In this document: piece after piece, positions 7,708 through 17,535 of the stretch
How the letters are laid out: each line of letters begins with the position of its first letter
How positions within the stretch are numbered: position 1 is the stretch's first letter
Origin: Myxococcota bacterium
Lineage (GTDB): Bacteria; Myxococcota; XYA12-FULL-58-9; JALHOP01
Assembly (NCBI GenBank): GCA_041288095.1
Contig: JBGGMJ010000187.1
Coordinates: forward strand, 1 to 64,000
DNA: 64,000 nt
Direction: 5' to 3'
Position numbers and translations under genes: made by a program
The notes under the pieces: generated by a model
Databases searched by the model: none
What the model was told of the DNA's origin: nothing
The model's input: the letters and a program-made list of their open reading frames with translations, nothing else

Positions 7708-10194
7708 CTATCCGGACAAGCCGTCGCGAATGTCGTCGCAGCCCGGTTCATCGAAATCCTGGCCACAATAGAGCAAGGCGCAGATGCCGAGGGCGTTGAG
7801 CTCGTCCTCGCAGACGTTCTCGGCGCAAAGATCGGCGCCGCGCTCGCACTCGAGGAGCTCGTCGTACTCCTTGCCGCAGTTGCTCTCGGTCATGGCGTCG
7901 AGCCCGGCGCAGAACTCCTCACACTCGATGTTGTCGTCGGTGGTCTCTTCGCAGGCGTTGCCCTCTAGGCAGAGATCCTTGCAGTCCTTGCCGGCGCAGG
8001 CGGTGAGCGAGGCGAGGCCCAACATCGCGGTCATGATGGTCATGCGCATGCCGCGGCGAGATGCCCACAGCGCGATAGCCAAGGCAACGAGCGACGCGCT
8101 GGGCGCCCCGGTGGCGCAGCCGCGCTCCGGCGGGATGTAGACGCCGGGGGGAGTCGTTGGATCACCGCCGTTCGAGTCGGGATCGGCACCAGGATCCGCA
8201 TCGCCCGGTGGTGGCCCCCCGTCGGCTGTCGGCGTGTCGTCGCCGAGGACACAGGTCGCCGAGCAGCCATCGCCATCGCTGGTATTGCCGTCGTCGCAGG
8301 TCTCGCTACCGCGGACCACGCCGTCGCCGCAGACCACGAGCACGCGCACGCTCACGTCGTCGACGGCGACTCCCAAACCGACGACGGTGGTGTCCGAGGT
8401 CAACGCGTAGCTCACCGTGATGGTGCGTCCGGCGAATGCGCTGATGTCGGCGCGATACCCCCCCCACCCGGCCGCGCTCGCCACGACGACGCCGGGCTCA
8501 CCCACCGTCTGATGCACGCCCATGCCGATGTTGGCGTCGAGGTGCCGGAAGACCTCGCGGTCGGGCACCACACCGCCGACGTCCTCGACGGTCACGACCA
8601 ATGTGTCGAAGCTCGCGGACTCGATCTGATACTTCATCGCCCAGGTGAGCTCGATGGCGTCACTGTCGGGCACGACGATGGAGGGAGAGAGCAGGCGCTG
8701 GTTGGTATTGCTCCCGTAGGTGTTGTCGAGGTCCGTCTTCCAGCAGGCGACTCCGCTATTGCAATCATTGAGCGGCGGCGCCGTGGGCGTTCCGAGCTCC
8801 CATTCGTCGCCCGAGCCTCCGTGGGTCCAGCCGGCCGCCCCGCCTTCGAAGTCGGCCGTGTAGAACGGAGCTTCGCCTTCCGGCGCCGCCGCTTCGCAGA
8901 TGCGGATCGACCACGAGACCAGCGAGCCGGTGTTGTCGGCTGCGTCGTCGAACAGCGTGAGTGTCCACACCCCGCCCGCGTCTTGGCCGTCGAACCAGGA
9001 CAAACGGTAATAGGGCTCCGGCTGGAAGCGCAGGCCCTTGAGGACCGGTTGGTCGATCGGAAGCGCCGCTTCGTCGTCGAGGACGATGTTCATTTGCTCT
9101 TGTCCACCGCTGCCGCTAGCGCCGACGTCGGTCAGCAGCACCTTGGGAATGCCCGCTGGATCCGTGAGCGTGATGTCGAGGTCCTGCATCAGCGGATGGG
9201 TGAGCGTGATGGCAACGTCGAGGTCGGCGATACGCGGATGCCCCGGCACCGTGATCGACGACGTCAGCGAGCCCAGGTCCGCTATGACGACCGCTGTGGA
9301 GCTGCTGTACGTGGTGCAGGTTTCGCCCGGCGCCGCGGGCAACGGGAAGACCGTCGCGCTCACGCGATAGGTGTACGCCGGATCGCCGTTCACGACGCCC
9401 GCGTCGACGTACGCGTAGTAGGTGCCGGCGTCCTTCACCGTGACGAAGAGCGCTTCGGAATTCGGCGAGGCGCCGTTTGGGTCGTTGACGAGGATGGTCT
9501 GGTCAGCCGCGTCGCCGAAGAGACCGAAGGCCAAGCGGCCGTTCCACGTCGAGACGTCGCGCTCAGGATCGAGATCGAGGCTCAGGTAAACCGAGTCGCC
9601 CGCGTCGAGCTCGATGCTCCAAATGTCGAGATCGGAGTCCGGATCACGCGCTCCTTGCCCCCAACCGGATGTCAGCGGCGTCGCCGTGGCGGTGGTGCCG
9701 TTTGGTTCCTGCTCGGCGGCCGGCGCGCCGGTGCGAAGTTGAAAATAGAGGTCGTACGGCCGGATCTGATTGGTGCCGGGCCCGCGAACGCGCAGGTAAT
9801 ACGTACCGCTCGCCGGCAGGACGGCGCCGGCGATGGACGACGCAAGCGATGTCGCCGTGCCGTCGTCGGTGTCGGTCTCGATGACGGTCGTCCCGTCCGA
9901 GCCCACGAGCTCGAGCATGGTGTCGCCGCCGCTCGTGCTGATCGCCGTCATGGTGGCGGCGTAGACGACGTCGCCCGCCCCGCCAACGAAGCTGTAAACG
10001 TCGATGTCGGCGAGCGGGAGGATGGGCGCGCGTACGAACGCCGGGTTGGTGATTGGCGTCGCCTCCGCGATCGCGTCGTTGGGCTCGACCTCGGATAGCG
10101 CCTGACTCTCCGCGAACGGCCAGAGTCCCGCGCCATCGTGCTGACAGCCGCCTACGAAAAGCATCGCGAACGCCAACGCCGGTGACCTGCGCAT
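7708..10194 (-). CDS. surface lipoprotein: PPC domains, proprotein-convertase P domain, DUF4215 Cys repeat, MYXO-CTERM-like segment, in-frame Cys-rich lipoprotein tail
   Basis: MRRSPALAFAMLFVGGC lipobox; EVEPND/EQEPNG; ITLTHP..DLDITLT..GVWTLT..WSI; CGDGVV..ETCDDGN..DGDGCSATC; GCATGAPSASLVALAIALWASRR. Confidence 0.8.
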   Translation of the reverse strand: MRRSPALAFAMLFVGGCQHDGAGLWPFAESQALSEVEPNDAIAEATPITNPAFVRAPILPLADIDVYSFVGGAGDVVYAATMTAISTSGGDTMLELVGSDGTTVIETDTDDGTATSLASSIAGAVLPASGTYYLRVRGPGTNQIRPYDLYFQLRTGAPAAEQEPNGTTATATPLTSGWGQGARDPDSDLDIWSIELDAGDSVYLSLDLDPERDVSTWNGRLAFGLFGDAADQTILVNDPNGASPNSEALFVTVKDAGTYYAYVDAGVVNGDPAYTYRVSATVFPLPAAPGETCTTYSSSTAVVIADLGSLTSSITVPGHPRIADLDVAITLTHPLMQDLDITLTDPAGIPKVLLTDVGASGSGGQEQMNIVLDDEAALPIDQPVLKGLRFQPEPYYRLSWFDGQDAGGVWTLTLFDDAADNTGSLVSWSIRICEAAAPEGEAPFYTADFEGGAAGWTHGGSGDEWELGTPTAPPLNDCNSGVACWKTDLDNTYGSNTNQRLLSPSIVVPDSDAIELTWAMKYQIESASFDTLVVTVEDVGGVVPDREVFRHLDANIGMGVHQTVGEPGVVVASAAGWGGYRADISAFAGRTITVSYALTSDTTVVGLGVAVDDVSVRVLVVCGDGVVRGSETCDDGNTSDGDGCSATCVLGDDTPTADGGPPPGDADPGADPDSNGGDPTTPPGVYIPPERGCATGAPSASLVALAIALWASRRGMRMTIMTAMLGLASLTACAGKDCKDLCLEGNACEETTDDNIECEEFCAGLDAMTESNCGKEYDELLECERGADLCAENVCEDELNALGICALLYCGQDFDEPGCDDIRDGLSG

Positions 10195-10449
10195 CCTATC
10201 TCCCTGAAAAGTCGAGATCGCGGCGAAACATGCAGCTTGGGCACTTCCGATCGACGCAAACCCCTGACGCAATGTCGCGAGACCCAGCGCACGATATTGG
10301 GGAAGGACTTTGCGTGTCGAGCCTGGAAAACAGACGAAAAGCCGCAGTGCGACGCCCACATAGCGCACCCGGTTTTTCCTGACATTGGGGTTGACGACAA
10401 CTACCGAGAATCGTTATCTTCGCCATCCCCTAGGGAGTGTTTGAGAACC

Positions 10450-10635
10450 ATGACCATCCGAATTCGACCGATCACCGTGCAGCTCGATGACGACCGCGAA
10501 ATGGCGGCGCACTTGACGCCGACGTTGCTTGGCTCGCTCAAAGATGATGCTCCGGACGGGACCGCCCACGCCAAGCCCGGCACTGCCTGGCTGCGCTGGA
10601 GCAGCGCGAAACCGCAAAATCCCGGTCTCGACTAA
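10450..10635 (+). CDS. short hypothetical ORF or gene remnant
   Basis: GGGAG upstream; 61 aa; no recognisable motif. Confidence 0.3.
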   Translation: MTIRIRPITVQLDDDREMAAHLTPTLLGSLKDDAPDGTAHAKPGTAWLRWSSAKPQNPGLD

Positions 10636-11549
10636 GCCTCAGCGCGCGTCCACGGTGCGAGCAGCTTGAGTCGCTTCGGGAGCACCTCGAAGCGCACCGG
10701 TGCCTTGCCCATTTGCTCGCCGTCACAATCGACGGGGATATCGCTGTCTCCCGACAGTGGCGTCACCAGCACGTTCGCGCCGCGGAACATGCGCACCTCG
10801 GGCAACGTACCGTGGGTGCCGGCGTAGATTTTGCCGCTATGGCGGACAAAGAACCCGACGCCGATGTCGCCGATGACCACGACCTCGAGCTGGCCGTCAG
10901 CTAGGCTCGCTTCCGGGGCGACTTTCATGCCGCCGCCGAAGTACCGACCGTTGGCGACCGCGACCGTGTTGGCGAGGATCTCTTCCTCGAACGTGTCGTC
11001 GATGCGCAAACGCACGCGCTGATTCCTGTACTGGGTGAGGCCTTTCAGCGTGCCGAGCATGAACGAAGCTTTGGCGCCAAAGCGTTTGCTCGTGGTGTTC
11101 ACCTTCTCGACGACCAGGCCGCTCGCGCCAAAGCTCGCGACATTCAAGAAGTAGCGCTCGCCTTTGTCGTTCGTGACACGGCCAACATCGACGAGTCGCT
11201 CATCGAGCGCTAGGCGCTCCACGTCGGCATCGCGCATGCCGATGCTGCGCGCGAAGTCGCCTCCCGTGCCGAGAGGAAAGACCGCGAGCTGCGCCGCCGC
11301 CGGCTTGTCGTCCGCGAAAGCAAACCCGTTCAAGCACTCGTTGACGGTGCCGTCGCCGCCCACCGCGACGATGCGTTCGGCGCCCTCGGCGATGGCCTTG
11401 CGCACGATGGTGGTCGCGTCGCCGGGCCCCTTGGTGAAAGCGACGTCGAGCAAGCCGAAGCAAGCGTGGACCTTGCGGACGTGCTCGTTCCAGCGCTTGC
11501 CGACGACGCCGGCCGCTGCTGCTGGATTTGCCACGATGAGGCCACGCAT
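10632..11549 (-). CDS. diacylglycerol/lipid kinase (YegS/BmrU family)
   Basis: NPAA, GGDGTVNE, PLGTGGDFAR, NGRYFGGGM and DGE motifs. Confidence 0.92.
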   Translation of the reverse strand: MRGLIVANPAAAAGVVGKRWNEHVRKVHACFGLLDVAFTKGPGDATTIVRKAIAEGAERIVAVGGDGTVNECLNGFAFADDKPAAAQLAVFPLGTGGDFARSIGMRDADVERLALDERLVDVGRVTNDKGERYFLNVASFGASGLVVEKVNTTSKRFGAKASFMLGTLKGLTQYRNQRVRLRIDDTFEEEILANTVAVANGRYFGGGMKVAPEASLADGQLEVVVIGDIGVGFFVRHSGKIYAGTHGTLPEVRMFRGANVLVTPLSGDSDIPVDCDGEQMGKAPVRFEVLPKRLKLLAPWTRAEA

Positions 11550-11561
11550 TGTTCGAGTCCT

Positions 11562-11972
11562 CTAACGCTTGAGCCGTGCCAGCGTCTCGGCGTTGGCACG
11601 AATGAGCCGCGCCACGTCTTCCACGGGGACGCGCGCCGGGCAAATGGCGGCGATCTCGCGAGCGAGCTCGTCGAGGCGTTCAGCTCTGCCGAGCGCGAGA
11701 TTCGCCGTGGATGGCTCGCGAGCGTCCCGTGCGAGCCACTGCGACGGTGCTTCGTCCGGCAACGCTACCGCGTCGCAAAGGCCGCAGCCGATGCACCGGG
11801 ACGTACCGCCAACATAGCTCCAGAGCTGGTCCGGCACGGCGGCGAGGTCTTCGGTGGCGAGCTTCGCGAGCCACGGCTTGGGGCCGTGGTCGGGCAGCAC
11901 CGGCGCGAGGAAGACGCGGCGCAGCAGCGCCGTGCCGAGCACCATGCGAGCCTTGAACCAACGCATCATCAT
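11562..11972 (-). CDS. small 4Fe-4S ferredoxin-like protein in glpC position
   Basis: CIGCGLC ... ICP; ATGA overlap with glpB. Confidence 0.65.
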   Translation of the reverse strand: MMMRWFKARMVLGTALLRRVFLAPVLPDHGPKPWLAKLATEDLAAVPDQLWSYVGGTSRCIGCGLCDAVALPDEAPSQWLARDAREPSTANLALGRAERLDELAREIAAICPARVPVEDVARLIRANAETLARLKR

Positions 11973-13231
11973 GCGATCGCTCCTCGGGCGGAGAGCACGC
12001 CGGTCGCAAGAGCCACACCGTCGGCGCAGAGAGCGAAGCGCGACGCGAAGCCCCCCACCACCATACCGGCGGCAAAGAGGTTGGCGAAAGCAACGCGCCC
12101 TTCGACGATAGGCTGCATCGCCGCGTTCACCTGAACACCGGCGGTCATGAGCGGATGCGATTCGCGTGGATCGGCGCGGACGATGTTCTGCGGCGCGTCC
12201 TTTTCGAGGGCGCCTAGCTCGGTCACGGTGGGCAACCCGAAGAGAGCCTCGCGGCAGCCAAAGTCGAAGACGACGCCACCTGCGATGAACCGGCCGGAGG
12301 CGAGCACGAACGCCTTGGCAGGCAAGCGCTCCCCACCCTTCCCCTGCACCGCGTCCACACGGTTCCCCGAAGTCTCGGCGGCGACGACCTCGCCCACCAG
12401 AACGACGCCGGCGGCGCGCAACGCCTGGTCGAGAGCGCGTTGCAAGCGGACGCCTGGGACTGACGGCAGGTGGGCGAGCGCCTCGATCACCGGCACACCA
12501 ACGGCGTCTTGGATAGTCGCAAGCGTCTCGCGATGGCGGGTGAGACCAAGCACCGGCGGCAAGATGACGGCCGCGGCTCCACGCACCGCGCTCTTCAGCT
12601 CGGTCGCGAGCTCGTGCACGGTCCCGAGATCATCGAGGCGCTGCGCGAGCCCAATCGGCGGCAGTCGTCCGTCGAAGCGGAGCGTAATGGGTTCGATGGT
12701 GAGGGAGCGGCCCCAGGTGGCGCGGCCGTCGTGCACCGCGGCTTTGGCGACGTGCTTGGCGTCGAAGTGCAGGTCACCCGCGAGCTGGACACAGGCCATG
12801 GCGCCGCTGCTCACCGGCGCATGCGACGCGAGCGCGGTCGCCGCCGGCACCAAGGCACCGAGCGAGGACACGTAAGGCTGATTCGGCTGAATGGCCTCCA
12901 AGGCGCGCGGCGTAAGCCCCGCCGGCTCGAGCGCGGCAACGAGATGCTTCATTCCGTCCGCGATAGCGACAAGGGTGTTGCTGCTGCCCATGACCGCATA
13001 GGGATGACGGGCGCGGCTCGCGGCGATGGCGTGAACGTGGCCTTCGACGCTGCGAGTAACCGTGGGTTCGGAGGGTGAGCCGGGCGCGAAGGCGATGTCG
13101 AGAGCGCCGGTCGACATGGCGGTAGCGCCCCAGGAACGCTGCGCCAGCGCCACACGCGCGCCACGAGCACGCGCTTCGAGCGCCGCTGTCACCCCGGCGA
13201 GTCCGCCTCCGATGATGAGCAGATCGAACAT
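11969..13231 (-). CDS. glpB: anaerobic glycerol-3-phosphate dehydrogenase subunit B
   Basis: IIGGGLAG FAD motif; STGALD, LPPVLG, PSVPGVRLQ, LASGRFIAGG and NLFAAG motifs. Confidence 0.85.
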   Translation of the reverse strand: MFDLLIIGGGLAGVTAALEARARGARVALAQRSWGATAMSTGALDIAFAPGSPSEPTVTRSVEGHVHAIAASRARHPYAVMGSSNTLVAIADGMKHLVAALEPAGLTPRALEAIQPNQPYVSSLGALVPAATALASHAPVSSGAMACVQLAGDLHFDAKHVAKAAVHDGRATWGRSLTIEPITLRFDGRLPPIGLAQRLDDLGTVHELATELKSAVRGAAAVILPPVLGLTRHRETLATIQDAVGVPVIEALAHLPSVPGVRLQRALDQALRAAGVVLVGEVVAAETSGNRVDAVQGKGGERLPAKAFVLASGRFIAGGVVFDFGCREALFGLPTVTELGALEKDAPQNIVRADPRESHPLMTAGVQVNAAMQPIVEGRVAFANLFAAGMVVGGFASRFALCADGVALATGVLSARGAIA

Positions 13232-14880
13232 CAGGCCACCGGGTTCAGGGTCGGGATCTGCCAGAGCCCAGTGTATTGGGTCATCACCAGCTCGGCCTGC
13301 GCCAGCTGCTGTCCGGTCATCACCGGCCGTACCGCGCGCCAGCGTGAACGCAAGAAGCCCATGAGCTCTTCACGCATGCTGGTCGTGTCGAGACCGCGCT
13401 CTTCCGCGAAGACCTGCGCCGCGCGTAGGCCACCGCGCATACCTTGGTCAGCGCCGACACCGAGTCGGCATCGCATGGTGAGATCCGACAGCCGCTTCAC
13501 CATCTCGTTGCGGATGCAATAGCGGAGCTCGCACTCCAGCACCGGCTCGGCGGGCTCGACCACGGCATAGCCCGTCGCAGTCTCGCGGCCGATGTCGAGC
13601 ACCTTGGTCGCGAGCGACCCATGGCGATTCACCAAGCGCCGCGCCGTCAGGCGATCGATAGGATAGGCGCGCACGAGATCGTTCTCGTTGGGAATCGCGT
13701 CGCCGCCCGGCAGGTGGTCTTCGTGCGTGGTGCAGCGCGCCGAGACGCCGAGCTGGATGCACACCGCGTCCGCGGCCTCCTCGGCCTGGACGCGATAGCT
13801 CGCGAGCTTGCCTCCGACCAGTGAGTAGAAGCCCTTGGTGCCGGCGTCCGCATGGTCGACGATCCGGTAGCCACGCGACAACGCGTCCTCGTGGACACCC
13901 CAGCCGTGCATGGTGTTGCGCACCCCGACGCGCGTCGAGATGAGCCGCTGGTGCTTGATGCCCGGGAGGATGCGCTCGACCGCCTCGCGCAGATAGGCAA
14001 CCTCGTCGTGGGTCGCCGAGAGATCGTTCAAGTCGCCGTAGAAATCGTCGTCGGTCGTCCCGATCCAGCTCTCGTTGAGATACGGCATGACGAAGACTTC
14101 GCGGCCATCGACGGCGTTGCAGATGACGGCGAAGTTCGTGAGGCGCTTCTCGTAGACGAGATGCACGCCCTTGCCCGGCCGGAGCTTGACGTTCGCCTTG
14201 TCGGGCGTGAGGCCCGCGAGCTTCTCCGCCCATGGACCGCCGCAGTTCACCACGACCTTGGCTTCGATGTCCTGGACCGTGGCCTCTCCGCGGCGGCGGA
14301 CGCGCGCGCCGGTGACCTCGCCGTTGGCGCCGCGCGTGATGCCGACGACCTCGGTGTAGGTCGCGACCGTCGCGCCATGCGCCACCGCGTCGATGGCGTT
14401 GAGCACGCACAAGCGGCCCGGGTCGATGCCCCATTCGTCGAGCGTCACTCCACCCCAGAAGTCGCCGACCAGGCCGGGCTCGATGCGCAGCATCTCCTCG
14501 ACGCTGAGCTTCGCGTGCGGGATGCCGTTCTTGTAGCCGCTATAGCGGTCGTAAACGTCGAAGTAGACATCGTGCAGCAACAACGACGCCCGTCCGTACG
14601 GGAAGCTCTTCGGCACCGGCACCAGGAAGGGAATTCGGAACACCAGGTGCTGGGCGATCTTCTGGATGTAGCCGCTGTCGACGCACGAGTGCTTGGTGGT
14701 CTCGACGTCATTCAAGAGGTAGCGCGGGCCGCCGTGGATCATCGCGCTCGAGGCGCCGGTCGCCCCACGCGCGAAGTCGCCCATCTCGCAGAGCATGACC
14801 TGAACGCCACGCTTCGCCAGGTCGCGCGCCAAACCGGTGCCGTTCGAGCCGCCACCGATGATCAGGACGTCGGTCTTCAC
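13231..14880 (-). CDS. glpA: FAD-dependent glycerol-3-phosphate dehydrogenase (GlpA/GlpD family)
   Basis: IIGGGSNG..ARDLAKRG, GATGASS.MIHGGPRYL, GKGVHL, IGTTD and GGKL motifs; GTGA overlap with aspS. Confidence 0.85.
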   Translation of the reverse strand: MKTDVLIIGGGSNGTGLARDLAKRGVQVMLCEMGDFARGATGASSAMIHGGPRYLLNDVETTKHSCVDSGYIQKIAQHLVFRIPFLVPVPKSFPYGRASLLLHDVYFDVYDRYSGYKNGIPHAKLSVEEMLRIEPGLVGDFWGGVTLDEWGIDPGRLCVLNAIDAVAHGATVATYTEVVGITRGANGEVTGARVRRRGEATVQDIEAKVVVNCGGPWAEKLAGLTPDKANVKLRPGKGVHLVYEKRLTNFAVICNAVDGREVFVMPYLNESWIGTTDDDFYGDLNDLSATHDEVAYLREAVERILPGIKHQRLISTRVGVRNTMHGWGVHEDALSRGYRIVDHADAGTKGFYSLVGGKLASYRVQAEEAADAVCIQLGVSARCTTHEDHLPGGDAIPNENDLVRAYPIDRLTARRLVNRHGSLATKVLDIGRETATGYAVVEPAEPVLECELRYCIRNEMVKRLSDLTMRCRLGVGADQGMRGGLRAAQVFAEERGLDTTSMREELMGFLRSRWRAVRPVMTGQQLAQAELVMTQYTGLWQIPTLNPVA

Positions 14881-16673
14881 TTCTTCGGCGGCGGGACCAC
14901 CGTCTTGATCATCAGCTCTTTCAGCTGCGCCTCGGCCAGCTCGCTCGGTGCGTTGAGCATCAAGTCGGTCTGCTTTTGCGTCTTCGGGAAAGCGATGACG
15001 TCACGGATCGAATCGGTGCCGCAGATGAGCATCATGATGCGGTCGACGCCGAGGGCGAGACCACCGTGCGGAGGCGGGCCGTATTGGAAAGCGTCGAGCA
15101 AGAAGCCGAACTTCTGGCGCTGCTCTTCCTCTTCGATACCGAGGGCGCGAAACAGGTCCGACTGCAGCTGATGGTCGAAGATACGAATCGAGCCACCGCC
15201 GATCTCGATACCGTTCAAGACGATGTCGTAGGCCAAGGCTTTGACGTTGCCCTGATCGGTGAGGAGCTTGTCGCGATCTTCCGGGCGCGGCGAGGTGAAC
15301 GGATGGTGCGCGGCGTACCAGCGCTTGTCGTCCTCGTTGTACTCGAACAGCGGGAAGTCGGTGACCCAGCAGAAACGATGGGTCGCCTTGTCGATGAGGT
15401 TCTTGGTCTTGGCGAGGTGCTTGCGGAGGTTCCCCAACGCCGCGTTGACCACGGTCTTCTTGTCGGCCACGAAAGCGGCGATGTCGCCGGGCTTCAGCGC
15501 CAGACGCTCGGCGATGGCCTTGCGCTCGGCGTCAGTGAAGAACTTGGCGATCGGAGACTGCCACTCGCCGTCCTCTTTGACCTTGGCCCAAGCAAGACCC
15601 TTGGCGCCGTAGATCTTCACGACGTCCGTCAATGCGTCGAGCTCGGTGCGTGACAGATCGCCCAAGCCGCTGATGTTGATCGCCTTGACGATGCCGCCGG
15701 CACGGGTGACGTCGGCGAAGACCTTGAAACCGCTATCGCGGACGAGGTCACTGACCTCACGCAGCTCGAGGCCGTAGCGCAGGTCGGGCGCGTCGACGCC
15801 GAAGCGGTCCATCGCGTCCTTGTAGGTGATGCGCTCGAACGGGAGCTTGAGATCGACGCCGAGCAGCTCTTTCCAGGCGCGCGCCAGGAGCTTTTCGACC
15901 ACGGCCTGCACGTCGCCGGGCTCGCAGAAGCTCATTTCGAGGTCAACCTGGGTGAATTCCGGCTGGCGCTCGGCGCGTAGGTCTTCGTCGCGGAAACAGC
16001 GGGCGATCTGGAAGTAGCGGTCGTACCCCGCCACCATGAACAGCTGCTTGAAGAGCTGCGGCGACTGCGGCAGCGCGAAGAACTGACCGGGGTTCACGCG
16101 CGACGGCACGACGTAGTCGCGGGCGCCTTCGGGCGTCGACTTGATGAGGAACGGCGTCTCGAGCTCGAGGAAGCCATCTTCGTCGAGAGTGCGGCGGACG
16201 ATCTGGTTGAACTTGCTGCGCATCTGCAGGTTCCGCTGCAGCGGAGTACGTCGCAAGTCGAGGTAGCGGTACTGCAGGCGTGTCTCTTCGGCCGTCTGCT
16301 CGGCATGATCATCGAGCGGGAACGGCGGGGTCTTGGCGCGTGTGAAGATTTCGATGAGGTTCGCGGCAATCTCGATGGCGCCGGTGGCGAGCTTGGGATT
16401 GACGTTGCCGCCGCGGCTGCGGACCTTGCCGCGCACGGCGAAGCACCACTCGGAGCGCAGTTGGCTCGCGACCTCGTGCGCCTTGGCGTCGATCGACTGG
16501 TCGAAGACGATCTGGGTGACGCCCTCGCGGTCGCGCAAATCGATGAAGATCGCGCCGCCGTGGTCGCGTCGGTTCTGCACCCAACCCATGAGGATGACTT
16601 CTTTGCCGATATCCGTGTCGCGCAGTGAGCCAGCGCGATGGGTGCGCTTCAGATCGTAAATAAAGCGAGTCAC
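14877..16673 (-). CDS. aspS: aspartate--tRNA ligase (probably non-discriminating)
   Basis: RRDHGG, RYLDLRR, STPEGARDY, LPQSPQLFKQ, FRDEDLRAERQPEFTQ, PPHGG and FPKT motifs; His in RRDHGG is typical of ND-AspRS. Confidence 0.98.
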   Translation of the reverse strand: MTRFIYDLKRTHRAGSLRDTDIGKEVILMGWVQNRRDHGGAIFIDLRDREGVTQIVFDQSIDAKAHEVASQLRSEWCFAVRGKVRSRGGNVNPKLATGAIEIAANLIEIFTRAKTPPFPLDDHAEQTAEETRLQYRYLDLRRTPLQRNLQMRSKFNQIVRRTLDEDGFLELETPFLIKSTPEGARDYVVPSRVNPGQFFALPQSPQLFKQLFMVAGYDRYFQIARCFRDEDLRAERQPEFTQVDLEMSFCEPGDVQAVVEKLLARAWKELLGVDLKLPFERITYKDAMDRFGVDAPDLRYGLELREVSDLVRDSGFKVFADVTRAGGIVKAINISGLGDLSRTELDALTDVVKIYGAKGLAWAKVKEDGEWQSPIAKFFTDAERKAIAERLALKPGDIAAFVADKKTVVNAALGNLRKHLAKTKNLIDKATHRFCWVTDFPLFEYNEDDKRWYAAHHPFTSPRPEDRDKLLTDQGNVKALAYDIVLNGIEIGGGSIRIFDHQLQSDLFRALGIEEEEQRQKFGFLLDAFQYGPPPHGGLALGVDRIMMLICGTDSIRDVIAFPKTQKQTDLMLNAPSELAEAQLKELMIKTVVPPPKK

Positions 16674-16749
16674 TTATGCCCTCTCGAATGACGCGCGCGG
16701 ACCGTAGCAAAGGCGGGTCGCGAGGTCGAGAGAGGGGCGGACTGCCTCG

Positions 16750-17367
16750 TTAGCGGTTCACCAGGACCGGCGGGGACACCGGCTTGGCCCCCTTGGGCGC
16801 CGGCGTCTCCCAGCGCGCGCGAATATCCCGGCCCACGAGGGCGAATCGCCGCCAGGCGAAGACGAAGCCATCCGAGCCGTCGCTGTTCTTCGCCTTCGCA
16901 TCGCGAGCCTGAGAGGCGTACATGCGCACGAAGGTGGAGCGCACCTCGAGGGCGCTGGTCGTGTAGCCCAGGGCCTGGGGAATGAACACGCGGCGGTCCT
17001 TGGCGTCGACCACCACGGAGATGACGAAGGGGATCCCCGGACGGTGATCGACGGTCACGAAGACCATCGCCGCGTCGCTGTCGAGCATGAGCGCGGCGGT
17101 GCTATCGCAGACGCTCGTCGAGTCGCTCGTTGCCTTGGTTGGCCGGTAGAGCTTCTCGGGGAGCGGCGCCACACGCGTCTCCCCCGCCGCCTTCAGGCGC
17201 ACCTGCATGTCATCGGCGTAGGCGTCACCCGTCTGCGAATCGAAGGTCAAAACGAACGTGTGGACACCGACCTTGCACTTGGCCTTCCAGCTGGGCATCG
17301 CGTCCTGCGCCCGGGCCGTGCCCGCATGTAGGCACACGGCGCCGACGACCCACAAAGCTCGACGCAT
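16750..17367 (-). CDS. secreted hypothetical protein
   Basis: MRRALWVVGAVCLHAGTARA signal peptide; the upstream part of the listed 522 aa ORF is antisense to the lipase. Confidence 0.65.
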   Translation of the reverse strand: MRRALWVVGAVCLHAGTARAQDAMPSWKAKCKVGVHTFVLTFDSQTGDAYADDMQVRLKAAGETRVAPLPEKLYRPTKATSDSTSVCDSTAALMLDSDAAMVFVTVDHRPGIPFVISVVVDAKDRRVFIPQALGYTTSALEVRSTFVRMYASQARDAKAKNSDGSDGFVFAWRRFALVGRDIRARWETPAPKGAKPVSPPVLVNR

Positions 17368-17463
17368 GCAAGAACGCACGTAGCGACGGTAGCCGCGGAT
17401 CGACTTCTTCGCACGCCGAGTTGGGTCATGCGGCCCCAGTGCCAGACGCGTCACTTGGCCAAC

Positions 17464-17490
17464 GCAACCGCGGGAATCACGTGCCGATAC
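17464..17490 (+). promoter_or_regulatory. sigma-28-like promoter GCAA-N15-GCCGATAC
   Basis: exact FliA geometry (TAAA/TCAA-N15-GCCGATAA). Confidence 0.6.
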
Positions 17491-17535
17491 CGGAAAGTCG
17501 AGCGAGCGATTACCGGGGCTCGTACGGGGCGAAAC

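Noticed and set aside
10269..10410. Further sigma-28-like sites (GCAAT-N18-CGATAT; ACCGAGAA) before the 10450 ORF, and TCAAC-N18-CGAATG before 39360
   Set aside because: Spacing is off or the -35 element is missing, so they were not counted in the regulon.
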